A stretch of DNA of 64,000 nt from the NCBI GenBank assembly GCA_002633005.1, contig NMRA01000151.1:662400-726399 (forward strand), in the 5' to 3' direction. Shown here one piece after another: positions 1 through 12,191 of the stretch. The translations under genes were made by a program, and so were the position numbers. Below the pieces are notes generated by a model, which ran no database searches, was not told the origin of the DNA, and saw nothing but the letters and a program-made list of their open reading frames with translations. This DNA comes from Phoronis australis. Lineage: Eukaryota; Animalia; Phoronida. Positions within the stretch are counted from its first letter, which is position 1. Each line of letters begins with the position of its first letter.

Positions 1-2304
1 TGGGAGCTTTATGCCAATAGTTTTACGGTCAGCATAAATGTGTATGAAAAATAATTAAATCCCACGTGCGCAAAAATCCAAAAGCTGTAAGAATATACAA
101 ATGTCAGTTATTGATATCATTGTTGCTAATGAATTCTTGACTGTGATGTGACCAAAATTTTTGGGCTAAACTTTTTCAGCCATTGTCACACCAAATTTCT
201 GTTTAAAATCACTTCAGGAAACAAACCCCCAACATTAGGACGGCAACTGACCTAAATAAAAAACCGACTAGAGGCTGGTTCATATTGGCTTTAAACTGAA
301 TATTTAAAAGATGAATTCAGTAACACCTGCAGTATTCATGCTGACTGATCAGTATATGGGAACGTCAAACTCTGAATATTTTCTCCACAGCAAGACACAT
401 CGTAGTAGGATCCACATTTTGTCAGAAAACTCAACACACTAAGACAATAATATCCAGAATGGTTACGCTGTTGATAAGGAGAGAATATTTGAATTTTCTG
501 TGCAGACATTTCAAATCTCCATTAAACCGTCCATGTACAGTAGTATACAGTTTCACTACATTTTAGATATTTATTAAATTAATTGAAGAATAGTGATTGT
601 TTCTTTTTAAAAAGCCTTCGACATTTAACACGATAAAATATTAATCTTGGTTCGTTCCCTCATTTGTTGTATCATAAAGGAAAATGTTAGTTTAACCTCA
701 AGTGACTCAGGCCAATTACCTCTTTAAAACATCATTTTTCATTGGTCGACGGAACGTTTATATTTCGCCATAAGAATATAAATCACTGTTGTGCAGTAAG
801 ATGGCGCACGATAAACGCGGTTTGAAAGTGGATGTTATACAAATAGAAGCTTCGCCGAGATTGTTTTTGACGTGAACGACACTTTTTCTTCAAATTACTA
901 TTCAGTCCGTTTTTCAAATTACAGCTCTTGGTGTGGACTTTAAAATCGGTTACAGAGGCAGTAACCGTGATGGTGCATGGTCTACCGAGCAGTTGCAATA
1001 GTTATAACCAAGATACACATTCAATGGGTCTAATCTCCGGCCACTAAATGGAACTTGAGGGTTTAAATTACCTCTGGTTTCTTGAGATCACCCCTAATAT
1101 GAAATCGAACTCACACGCTCAGCGGTCGCACTCCAACACTTTATAGGCGAAGATACACTTCGCTCGAACGATGTCAGAGTGATTTCAGTGCAGGGCTGTC
1201 TGACAACGGGGTACGGAATTGATGATTTGTAATAAAACCCTAGAAACAATGGATTTCATTTGATAGCTCAAACTGGTCAAAGCAAATGACTTCAGGACTC
1301 CTATCCCTTGAAAAATAATACTAAACTTGAAATTTTCCGGGTAGTAAATCCGATTGTCTCCATTTTGCAGGTTTTACCGATAGCTTAAACTTTCGGTGTG
1401 AACACTAACTATTAAATAATCATTGCGCCTGCGGAAAAGTTACAACTTGGTTGAGTTGATATGAATTCAAGCGCCTTAGATAAATCCCTGTGCAAAAGAA
1501 TTAAAACACGGGATTATTTTTTTATAATACGGAGGTCGGTGATCAAAGTCTCTAAAACTTTACACGAGTTTGCGACAACTACGTCGTGGTATTGGATACG
1601 TGGCTCGGCTACTATGGAAATCTACCTATGTCACAGATAATACGAGTTGTACTTTGGAGTCGAACACTGCATAGAGTCCCTAAAACCAATTGGTTTGTTC
1701 ACGTGCAGTAAAAGTTGGGTGAAATTGGGAACGGAAAACGAGCTGTGAACAAAGTTGTTTACTTATTGTCAACAGATAAAATTCGAATATTTGAAAGTGG
1801 GCGGATTTATGCGAAACGTTGCGTAACTACTTCAGTACTGAGGCAGAACAAATAAGACGCTACTGAACGCTACCCAGGCTTTGATTTGCTCTTGCGTAAC
1901 GAAATGCAAAGTTAATGGCCTCGGAAATAAACATGTGAAGTGAAACAGGCATGTGTATTAATTGATAAGATTTTTTAAATCATGTCGTGGACAGAGCCAT
2001 GAAACAAACGGAAATCTGCTAATTCTTCAGTTAGGGTTTACTTAGCTGCATGCACTTCGATGAAAATATTATTTAACCTTGCGTGTGTGCTATGCACAAA
2101 CCGGCCTGCGCAGGCATACAAAACTGACAACCGCAGGCCAGATACAGTCAAACTTCCAACCGTTTAATTAAGAACCCGGTCACAGAATTCAGAAAACTAA
2201 CACACATCAGCGTCGATAGCTACATTAAAAGCTTAGTCGTCATGAATAGGCATTCAGTACACATTAGGCCCGCGGCCAGACCACGATAATATAAATCGAC
2301 TTAC

Positions 2305-2485
2305 TCAGTTCTGTCAAGGTAAGGTGGATTCTACCCGAGTCTGTGAAAAGATGAAGATTTCCGATCACTGGCAAAGGAAATGGTCCTGGGGGCAGAGTGT
2401 TTGTCAGTCTCATGTAAAACCATTTGGCCGAATATATTGCTACCACAACAAAACACAGAAATATTGCTAAAGCTCCCAGCACCAT
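2305..2485 (-). CDS. Cytochrome P450 (CYP2-clan-like), first coding exon; remaining exons not identified (probably left of the window)
   Basis: Hydrophobic N-terminal anchor MVLGALAIFLCFVVVAIYS is followed by the P450 proline hinge LPPGPFPLPVIGNLHL and ...IHLTLTELS; GTAAGT donor at 2304-2299. Confidence 0.85.
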
Positions 2486-2537
2486 GCCTGTCCAGTACGT
2501 TGCCCAGTAAGAGGTGACCTTTCTTCTCGAGGTCGTG

Positions 2538-2565
2538 TTATAATTACGTTGTTAAACGTCATTGG
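2538..2565 (-). promoter_or_regulatory. Candidate TATA and CCAAT boxes for the P450 gene
   Basis: TTATAA at 2538-2543 and CCAAT on the minus strand (ATTGG at 2561-2565), 55-80 bp upstream of the ATG; motif match only. Confidence 0.35.
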
Positions 2566-3166
2566 TTGCTCTGGGGGCAGAGCCGGGAACATCGGGTAGC
2601 CTGCAACGACCGGCGCAGTGACAAATCAGTATCAATATTTTCACAAAATTTTAGATTTTAACTCGGTTAACGTATATATTTTCTGGTGGTAAAAAATGAA
2701 GGGTTTGATATTTAATTTTTTATATTTTTATTAATCTGTCGCTAATTTGGCTAAATGAATAAGTCAGCCGTTGGTCACAAGAACGGAGAACGAATTTTAA
2801 ACCAAAAAAAGCGTTGACCTCACCTTCTCCAAATCTAATAACACTTTCTTCTTTGTTGACACATCTTATGCTCTTAAACTTAATGATGAAATAATTCCTA
2901 GAAAATGGTAGCACAGACATCTTGGTATACTGTTACATGATAAACTCTCGTTCACACTTCCCGTTCGGGAGCTCGTACAAACAACTCAGAAACTAATTAA
3001 TCCACTTATGTGCCTCTCATCATCTGAATTCTACACATTTAGAACTCCTGTTCAAATCCATTACACTTCCACACGTCGGTTGTTGTGATTTTATATATCA
3101 GTCTGCCAGCACTGGTGGCCTCTAGCATTTGGAGAAATTACAGTATCAAGCTGTCTTACTCATATC

Positions 3167-4015
3167 GGATTGTTCTGATACCCCCTCGACCCACGACCCC
3201 CACAACCCCCTCGACCCATGACCTTTGGCTGTAGAGGTATCTGTGCGTTTTTTACAAATTTCATAATCTTTCTACGTCGCTGGGTGACTTTCCCATAAGA
3301 CATACCTACACGCACCGAGTCTACTCTGGCTGAAGTCTGATGATTAAAAACCGAAAGTGGCGTGAGAACGCCAGTGGTCTTGAATAGCGCATTGTGAGCG
3401 CGCTATCGTTGTCACGGAAATAGGGAGAGAGTACGTTAACGTGAATGTGCATAATTTTTATTATTTGCTTCATATTGCATACTCGTTTACAATATACTCC
3501 ATATAACGTTGAAATCTTTTTAGTTAACAGTTTGTTTTTTTAAACTGTATTTACTGGTGAAATTACAGTTTTGTCGGTTCCTCACACTCTGCAATTCATT
3601 GAAGACGAGACGATTACACTCTGTCAGGAACAACATTTGTAAGGTTGGTACGTGTAGGTCTTTGATGATTTGATTTGGTCGTGTTGTTTTTTTCTGTTCT
3701 TGGCTTTCAAACTTGCCGAATCTACAGCCTTAATTGCAAAAAAGGGCAAAGCCAGCCTTTTTTCTGTTTTTGGCTTTCAAACTTGCCGAATCAACTGCTT
3801 TAATTGCAAAAAACTGGGAAAAGCCAGCCGAGCTCACGGCCCAACTCACTGGTCCTACAAGTCAGCGCTTGCTATATGTTCACAAATGGATTCGAGCTTG
3901 TGTATAGACTGGACCGAGGGCGTTGTGGGTCGTGGGTCGAGGGGGTTGTGGGTTGCGGGAGTCGTGGGTCAAGGGGTCGAGGGATGTGGGGGTCGAGGGG
4001 GTTTCAGAGCAATCC
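3167..4015. mobile_element. Non-autonomous TIR element with 9-bp TSD (Mutator/MULE-like MITE)
   Basis: TIRs GGATTGTTCTGATACCCCCTCGACCC / GGGTCGAGGGGGTTTCAGAGCAATCC; flanks ACTCATATC (3158-3166) and ACTCCTATC (4016-4024); subterminal CCCCTCGACCC repeats; internal ~70-bp tandem duplication at about 3690-3830. Confidence 0.75.
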
Positions 4016-4599
4016 ACTCCTATCTGGAGCTTACCGGGTATCCAATATTGTTAAGGTTTTGGATAGTCTCGAGTGGTCCTAACTGTCAACTCGACGCAAT
4101 CTTCACATGACCATATTTACTTTCAAAGTATTAAACAATGTCAACAATGTCTCTGTCAAAAATGATTTGATCTGTATACTAGACAAGGCCATCGTGCTGT
4201 TTTGATATCCTCCGCCCCATATGCAATTTCTCCGTCGTTCAGCCAGGCATTTAGAGGGTATACAGTCTCTGTTAAGGAAAGCAACTCTTCACGAGTATAA
4301 AAAATTGGAACTGTTTTTTCATAATTTTGACAGCTCTATAGCCCTGACACAATTCTTGCTTCCTCGCGAAAACGAAGAGCATTGTACCGATCGAAATACA
4401 GTCTTTTTCTCAACTCCGACAATTTTAGGCACAACTTTAGTAATGTCACTCTAAACTGTAAATGTGGTGACCATCAATCTTATTCCCATGTTTTCTTCAA
4501 ATGTCCCCTAATCGAATACCTGAGAAACACATTCTTTCGTGCACTCAGTGAAAACCAATTAATTTCAAATGCTTCCAGTTCTTGTTATAATATCCCTAT

Positions 4600-4923
4600 T
4601 AATAATATCCTCGTCGTATTTGGAAGTATGACATCTTTTTACACGGAAGTAATTGTTGCGAGTAAAGAGGACTTTTTGAATCAACCTTTGTGGATTAATA
4701 GTAACTTGGCGATCGGAGGCACAAGGGGTTTTTATAAGCCTTGGTTTGTAAAAGGCTTAAGATTTATTAGAGATATGTATACCTCTTATGGTGATTTCGT
4801 TAGTTTGAACCATATGAAAAATGGGTTCGATGTAAAAACCAACTTTGTAGACTATAATGGTGTTGTTTCTGTTCTAAGAAGGTTTCAAAAAAGTCTATTT
4901 CAAAGTAAATTTAAAAGTGTAAA
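4600..4923 (+). mobile_element. L1/Tx1-like non-LTR retrotransposon ORF2 remnant, part 5' of the Kolobok insertion
   Basis: FLNQPLWINSNL...FYKPWFVKGLRFIRDM...KTNFVDYNG resembles the post-RT region of L1/Tx1 ORF2. Confidence 0.65.
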
Positions 4924-6643
4924 AGGAGAATGCCACCCAAAAACAATCTATTTTGTATCAATTTAGATCGAGTAGTTCTACTCGATAATGGCACGTTCGG
5001 TTGCGTTACCTGACACCTGACGGAAGACGGAGGTGTTGAAATTATCCAATGACGTCATTGGTTTCACATGCAGTCTGTTTAGCAGTTCACAACACCGGGT
5101 TACTGGTCTCAGCTTATCGCTTGAATTCATCGTTTAACACCAATAAATCATCATCAAACTTCGATGTAAAACTCTTAAAAATACACTGAGCTCTTGTTTT
5201 ATTTCGCTGTTACGGATTTATTGGTATTTGGGCACACCGTAGCCTACGTTTTTGTACAAAGTTCGGCAGGCCAATTTATCAAGGTCCGTAGCAGGAGTTT
5301 GGGGTCTGTTCGGAGATAAATTCGAAGTATACTTCGGTGAAATACAGACAGGAGAACCTAGATATTTGTTGTTTAGACTTGTGATTTTTTGAGTTCTAAA
5401 CACACAAAACGCTTGTTATCCCGGCCAGTGGTTCGGAACCCGATCAGGCCCGTCGCGGCCGGACTGACTCGTTATCCCGGCCAGTGGCTAGGAACCTGAT
5501 CAGGCCCGTCGCAGCCGCCGGGACTGGCACGAACATAAACCAGCTTGAGTTGGAAACTAAACCTCCAGTCACGAAAAAACTTTAATTGTGAGCCAAAGAA
5601 ATAATGTGCACGTAATTATTTATGTGAATTAGCAACTGAAAATCTGCTTAAAGTACTTGTCGGGGGCTGCGAAGTCGGGTTCCCCTTCCACAGACCGTCA
5701 GGGCAAAGATTGTACACTAACAATGATATAATAATATATTTGTATTTCTAAATAAACATTCCCCTAACATGTGACCATAGCATATAAAATCGAGTAATTG
5801 TTTCACAACAGCTTTCTGTCAGCAAACACTGAATTAGCATGCGCTCACACGGCCTCGGTGCCCGGTAATATTACCTTTGTCAGTTGCCGGCATCAAAACC
5901 CGGTAACGCAGTGGTTTATTCATTGCTGACTTCTCAACGTTTTCGCTCACGAATACTGCAAAGGCACTACAAATTGTATTTAATGAGACAGACTTTGTTT
6001 CAGTTTTATATGTGCATTGGTTAGGATGAGAATAATTCATTTTGAAACAGAACGCAGAATAATAAACGTCTACATGGCAACTTGCCCGGCACCAATCCCG
6101 ACTTAGTCAAGAGCTCATCCGCGACGAAGACTTCACAGGTTGGATCGTTAGGTTTCACAGGCTACCAATTAGAACTGGAATACACTAATCAAGAAATACT
6201 ATAGAGGCGCCGTGAGCATGCACAGGCAACGGAACGTATTTATAGTTCTTTGGTAATTCGTCAGAGAAATCACTGTCGACGAAATGCCGGCCACAGACAC
6301 GGAGATGTTTCACGGCCTCATACTTGCTATTAACAGCGCACCTTTCATTCTTCACTACCACGAGCCACTTCCTAAGCATTTCGGGTTCTCGAGGAAGTCG
6401 AAAATACGATATGACCGCTTTCTTCGCAGCTTCATAGGTCGAACAAGCGGGAACCCGATGCACCGCAATATAGCGGCGTTCACTCTGCAGACGAACCACT
6501 GACATCTCTGCGTCGTTTCTCCCCCTCCTCTCAGGTTAACGCGACACCTCTCGGCAAGGTGAGGTTGACCGTATAAGAGGCGATGTGGATATAGACCGAT
6601 TAAGACGGTAAAAAAGACTAATTAAAACGGGTGGCATTCTCCT
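4924..6643 (-). mobile_element. Kolobok-like non-autonomous DNA transposon carrying a THAP remnant
   Basis: Perfect 15-bp TIR AGGAGAATGCCACCC (4924-4938 / 6629-6643); flanks TAAA and TTAA; THAP-like ORF inside; ~55-bp tandem duplication at about 5415-5526. Confidence 0.8.
6185..6505 (-). pseudogene. THAP zinc-finger domain remnant of a transposase
   Basis: VPACST...SYFRLPREPEMLRKWL...LRVCGRHFVDSDF matches the THAP C2CH pattern, with the first Cys degenerate. Confidence 0.8.
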
Positions 6644-6647
6644 TTAA

Positions 6648-7230
6648 TGTCTACTCTCCTTGCATGCCTTTAGCAATTACTCATTTGAAGGGTTGTAGGC
6701 ATATTTGTTCAGTCTTTAATGACGTTAAGAAACCTTCTAAGTGTAAATGGGAAACAGAGTTAGGAGATAGTTTAGATTGGAAGAAACTATACGCATTGCC
6801 TTATGAAATTACAAAAAGATCCCAACATTAGATGGTTCCAGGATTATTGCAACAAATATCTTTTTAGACAAAATCCGCGTTCGGGATTCTAATTTATGTT
6901 CCTTTTGTAATAAAGCTCCAGAGACGCTGTCACACCTTTTTTGGAAATGTCGCCTTGTACATGTACAAGATTTCTGGAAGGGATTCGGAAAGCTACTTCA
7001 AAAGTGTCTCGTTCAGCTTCCCAACTGTCTCTCTTACGAACGTGTCATTCTTGGACTTTATGAGACGCACGATTTTCTAGCAAAACAGTAGGTTAACAAG
7101 GAAAGATGTCACAAATATAATTATACCTAATTTTCACATGTTTGTTACATATACTTATGAGTACTGAAAAGTTAATTGCATATAAAAACTTTGCATGACA
7201 GCTTCTCTGCGAAATGGGAAAATTTTATTG
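6648..7230 (+). mobile_element. L1/Tx1-like ORF2 3' remnant (zf-RVT region), continuation after the insertion
   Basis: KWETELGDSLDWKKLY..., IIATNIFLDKIRVRDSNLCSFCNKAPETLSHLFWKC (CxxC...H...C); contains stops and frameshifts. Confidence 0.75.
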
Positions 7231-7884
7231 TTCATGTTAACTCCTTGTAACAGTTGTTTACTTTATACGAGATACGAGAATGGTCTCTCCAGAGTTTTTT
7301 TTTTGTTTTTTGTACTTGTTTATAAATGATAATAAATACCTGAAAAAATATCCATACTAAAATTACATTATTATTAAATGGTAGGCTAAACTTTGACCAT
7401 TTTCTCAATGAATTCCTCATATGCAATGTTAGCAAATGTTTATGTATTGTTTATGAATCTTGTTGCTTCTGATTTCCATATCTCTACGTATTTTTGATTT
7501 TAATATGTTCGCCATAGCATATCTAAATATTTGAATACTTATATTAGATACTAATTTCATGTACACAGTTCTATGTATACTACTTTCATCTATGTACTGT
7601 CTACAACCAAGACATGAAGGCCTTGCGATTTCTGGGTTTGTCATTATTTCCTTCTTAAATACATTTATATATCACCTTAAAAATCATGACGGACATACAA
7701 ATACCCAATAGATGCCAACGAGTAGGATACATACAGTAGCTGGGTCGACTTCAATGGAAAATAGGGGGCGTACTTATGCTTTGTTGTAAATGCTTGAGAA
7801 ATATTGATTCGACGTTTCGGTTTATTCACTTTGTTTACTTACGCGCAAATTTTAAAGTTCGTGCTTTTGTTACAATTACTCCAA

Positions 7885-8940
7885 AGTCGAGGTGAACTGA
7901 GCCTGGCGATCGGGAAATCCAATGATCGACAAGGGCCCCCACACAGGACGAATCGGGGCGTCAGGAAGAGGTGTGGCCTTTGGCTACCAGGTGAAACGGC
8001 CAATGACCATGAAGAGATAGGCCATGCCTTAACTCACCCTGAGAGCCAACAAGATCCCAGTGTAGACTACCACCGCCGTATATATCATTCCATACCACGC
8101 CAGACAAAACGCCGAGTTGAGTAGGGGAGCATGAGCAGCGTGAGGCAGCACGTGGATACGATCAAAAACAGTACGAGTCCAAGGGGAGGACACCACTGGT
8201 CGGGGCGTGCCAGTGGACGTATCACAAAGCAGGGTCGAGGTGCTAAACGGAATATCTTGTAGACCAACGCCTGTAGTAGCGGTGAGATACTCTGCCATAT
8301 CCGTAGACTGGTCTTGGGCTTCGGTCGGTTAGCTGAAGTTACCAACAGAAAACATGCAAGGGTCACAAGCCACAGGCGGGTTTAGTGAGGGGCTAGCCCC
8401 CCCACCCCCTTGGCTGCCGCAAGGAAAATGAAACAGCAAGAGCGTGAGGAAAAATTGACGGTAGGGAATGAGAGGGGGCTCAGACCCTAGATGGCGGCGG
8501 AATCGTGTTCCCGTTATTTTTTTCATTCCACTGACAGATTTTCCGACCAGAAGGTTCACAGCCCCGACCCGCGCCACTTTCGGGCGCCTGTGCACATACA
8601 CTCGCGCTTTGCCCAATTCCTCGAGGCAAGATGTTGGCCCCCCTCATGGTATCCTAGATAAGATGCTCATGTCGAAACCGGATAGTGTGTCACCCAACAC
8701 GTTAAACTTGCCCTTGAGGTATCATAGGATGTACGTAGTGAACTCGGCTACAAAAGCGAGGTGCCGCGACGAACATGGGAAACGCTCTCTACCGCTGATC
8801 AGTGATGACACCAGAGGCTTGTGGTCAGTGTATAACGCAAAATGTCAGCCTTCTGAAACGTGCCTGAAGCCTTTTGTATGCTGTAGGCTGCCAGGAGCTC
8901 ACGGTCGAAAGCGCTGTACTTCTGCTCATTTTCTGAAAGC
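7885..8940 (-). mobile_element. Degenerate Ty3/gypsy pol fragment (RNase H then integrase), interrupted at about 8370-8650
   Basis: FALYTDHKPL...RHLAFVAEFTT...KGKFNV (RNase H end); LLCDTSTGTPRPVV...TVFDRIH and DLVG/WISR (integrase). Confidence 0.75.
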
Positions 8941-9071
8941 TTGCGCGAGAAAAAAACAAGAGGTAGCTAAGCACCGTCCTGAAGTTGCGCCACGTGAGCA
9001 CCGATGGCTGTGTTAGACCAATGAGCTAGATAGTATTTAGCTTATTGGTTCAATTTTGGCGTAGTTTAGCC

Positions 9072-9290
9072 ATGGTACATCGCTTTGTGTGCGCCAACTG
9101 CTCAGACACCAGCCAGGTGGAAAGCGTGAATCTCTTTAGATTCTCAAGAGACAAGCATCTGGCCGTGTTTTCGTGTGCACTGCTCGTCATTGGAAAGTGA
9201 TTGTCGAGTCAACCATGTCTGCCTGAGCAGAAATATGCCCCGCCCATTTCGAGAAGGGGTGCTTCGACAACATGCAAACCATGAAGTTTT
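9072..9290 (+). pseudogene. THAP-domain remnant from a DNA transposon
   Basis: MVHRFVCANCSDT...VNLFRFSRDKHLA followed by EICPAHFEKGCFD; frame disrupted. Confidence 0.6.
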
Positions 9291-9713
9291 AAGCTGGTCT
9301 AGTAAAAACCTGGTGAGTTACCTTGATAATTGCGGAGACTGAGAATGCGTACCGATTTCGCTGTACCTGGATAATAACAACCTTTCTTCACAATCCTCTA
9401 CGTAACTCTCTGTCACTCTGAGTTAGCTGGTGAGTGTTCAATGGCAGATGCGTATGGGAAGTTGCCCAGTAGTTCGGGAGCCAGTTGTATATAACCAGCC
9501 TAATTCGACTCTCGTTGAACGTAATGCTCTCTCATTTTGAGAATCAATTTGATTTGCTGATGGTTCTCAAACGGTCAGAGCCCACTATGTCAGTTGGTAT
9601 TAATGGTGTCAGATTTTGGAAATCGGTTTCCTCTGCCAAATAAACACCTGGTTCACTTTTGAATATCAGAGGCTACTGTATTTGAGCATTAGTAGGTTCT
9701 GTGTGCGGTTTTC

Positions 9714-11688
9714 CAAGGCTCGACGTTATGAAAATCGTCAGCTCGCATTTTGAAAATCCAGCTCGCAGTCATAAATGCCAGGTCGCAAAATTTTCCCGCA
9801 ATATTTACAAGTCAAAACTAATTTTTAGATCATCGAGAAAATGCTTAGATTATGCTCTTACCTGCGGCGTTAAATGCTCACAAATTTCAGGTCACAAAAT
9901 TGAATTCTTACATACATGTACGGCGTTATTGTTCTTTACGACCACCATTGAAAGGCTCTAGAGTGCAAGGTTAGTTGCCGACGTGAATGAAGTTGAATCG
10001 GTGCTCTCAAACCGACACGTGCATTCGAATAGCTAAGTTTGCATTGTGAAAAGGGAGACTTGCTATATCACTGTTATCAAAGTCGTAATTATTCAAACTA
10101 ACTCTGAGTGCAATCTCCCTCCATTTTTTGTTCGCTGCCCAAACTGTGCAACTTAACTCGACGTTTGAAAAACAACCTGTTGAAAAAAATTCGTGAAACG
10201 TTGTCCTAGCCAAATGACGTATTCGGATGCGAGGGAACAATTCAGTACAAATTTCACTAAAAATTGTGGTACTTATTCTGTTTACGTACTCAACACTTAG
10301 TTTTCCATGAAACGAAAAGTCTCCATGCAGATTTCTATCGAGCATTACAAGCTTGCTCCTCAATACCTTCCATGTATAGAAAAAATAGGTGAGTCACAAA
10401 ACGACATTCATGTCACCAGTGTAACTTTCTTTCGAAGATATAAAAAAGTTGGGGTTTGGTCTTAACATATTGAAAAAGGACGATTTTTGAAAACTGGACT
10501 TGTTGTTCTGTAAAATGAGAGTAACTCACTAGCAAGCTGCGTGTTAATTTCAAACTCCGCGCACGGTCGATTGTAGTGCCCTATGATGGGCGCTAGTCTG
10601 AACTGTGGGCGCTTAATTTGAAATTCTCAAAATTTGAGGGGCAACGCTTAGGTGCATTGAGCGCTTACTATGAAACACTTCAAGGGTAGGGAGTAGGCGC
10701 ATGCGTGAGTATAGTTGTTAACCTGAGTGTTTGCGGTAATAAGATACTGAAAGACTGCAATAGTAACAAATGTTGTTATAATATGATTTTGCATGGCAAA
10801 CTCCATCTAGTAGGGGTGACTTTCTGGCTATCGTTCCTTTTTAGCCACCCGCAATAATTTTGTTTTAATTGCATGCTTCAACCGGTACAAGATTATTTCT
10901 ATTGGAGTTTGAAAATTTATTTTACTCCGTGGTCCGGGGAACGAAAAATTGGGAGAGAGCGTATGAAGAGAAGAAAACAAGTTCGCTAACCACAATTTCG
11001 CTTTTCTAGATTTAGTTGCCGAATAGCTGTCTATGGACATAGAATATCGACCCCAGGAACAACGGAACAGGCTGTCGTGTGACGATTAATAGGGCGGCCA
11101 TTTTCACGTTTGCAGTCTTTTGCGATAAAAGTGCGAGAAGTTGAGACGCACATTTCCAAATCACGACCGTCTGCCGCGGGACCGCTTGTGCGCTAACAAC
11201 GGGATCGACCAGTGTCTCACTGCATAAAATCATGGATGTTGTCGTGGATATTTGATAATAAATAGAAATATAAATGGAATCAGTAAAACCACCGCTGTTT
11301 TGTACCGTTTTATTACATGTTTTGCCGTGGTCCCAAACTTTCTTCGGCGCATCCAGAATGCCTAAGTAGCAGAAAATGTTAGCCAATGAAACGCGTCAAA
11401 GATCGATTCTGCATTATCCCAAGTCAGTTCCCGCGACATGAGTTGACAAGTCATCGGGAGGGCTGTTCTCGGTTAGAGTTCTTTTGAACTGGATTTGGCA
11501 TCAACCGGATTTACACGAATTGTTTTATATTTGCCGGGTATCTGCCGAGAAGTGTGAGAACTCAGCTCGCATACGTTAGAAATTCCAGGTCGCATTTTGC
11601 TACTTGATACGAGCAGGCAAAAATCTCGGCTCGCATTTCCAAATTTCAGGTCGCAAATGCGACCTGCAGCTCGTTATATCGAGCCCTG
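9714..11688. mobile_element. Non-autonomous TIR transposon with 5-bp TSD (hAT5-like)
   Basis: Termini CAAGGCTCGA...TCGAGCCCTG; TTTTC on both flanks; clustered subterminal CAG(C/G)TCGCA repeats at both ends. Confidence 0.6.
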
Positions 11689-11924
11689 TTTTCTTGACTC
11701 AGTGTTAGATGGTGGTGTACAACAAGAACTTTACTGCTCTTATCGTACTGTTCATAGTAAAGGATTATATGCCCCCAAAGGGAGAATTTGCCTCACACTG
11801 TGACCCTGATGTAGGATTCAAAGAGTCTTTTTCACCACAGTAATAGACGTTATTGGCTAAAATGTTTCCTACAGTAGATGATTTTTTGTCAGTGCATTAA
11901 GTGGTAAGAACGGACATTTTGCCT

Positions 11925-12191
11925 GTTATTCAAGCTTGGATAATAATAGCTGAGTTATTCAAGCTTGGATAATAATAGCTGAGTTATTCAAGCTTGGATA
12001 ATAATAGCTGAGTTATTCAAACTTGGATAATAATAGCTGAGTTATTCAAACTTGGATAATAATAGCTGAGTTATTCAAACTTGGATAATAATAGCTGAGT
12101 TATTCAAACTTGGATAATAATAGCTGAGTTATTCAAACTTGGATAATAATAGCTGAGTTATTCAAGCTTGGATAATAATAGCTGAGTTATT
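11925..12191. repeat. 29-bp minisatellite, 9 full copies
   Basis: Unit GTTATTCAA(G/A)CTTGGATAATAATAGCTGA, head-to-tail with no spacers. Confidence 0.97.

Noticed and set aside
8468-9016. 182-aa plus-strand ORF
   Set aside because: Antisense shadow of the gypsy RNase H remnant plus an inserted repeat
11925-12191. CRISPR array (29-bp repeats)
   Set aside because: Repeats are contiguous with no spacers, there are no cas genes and the context is eukaryotic
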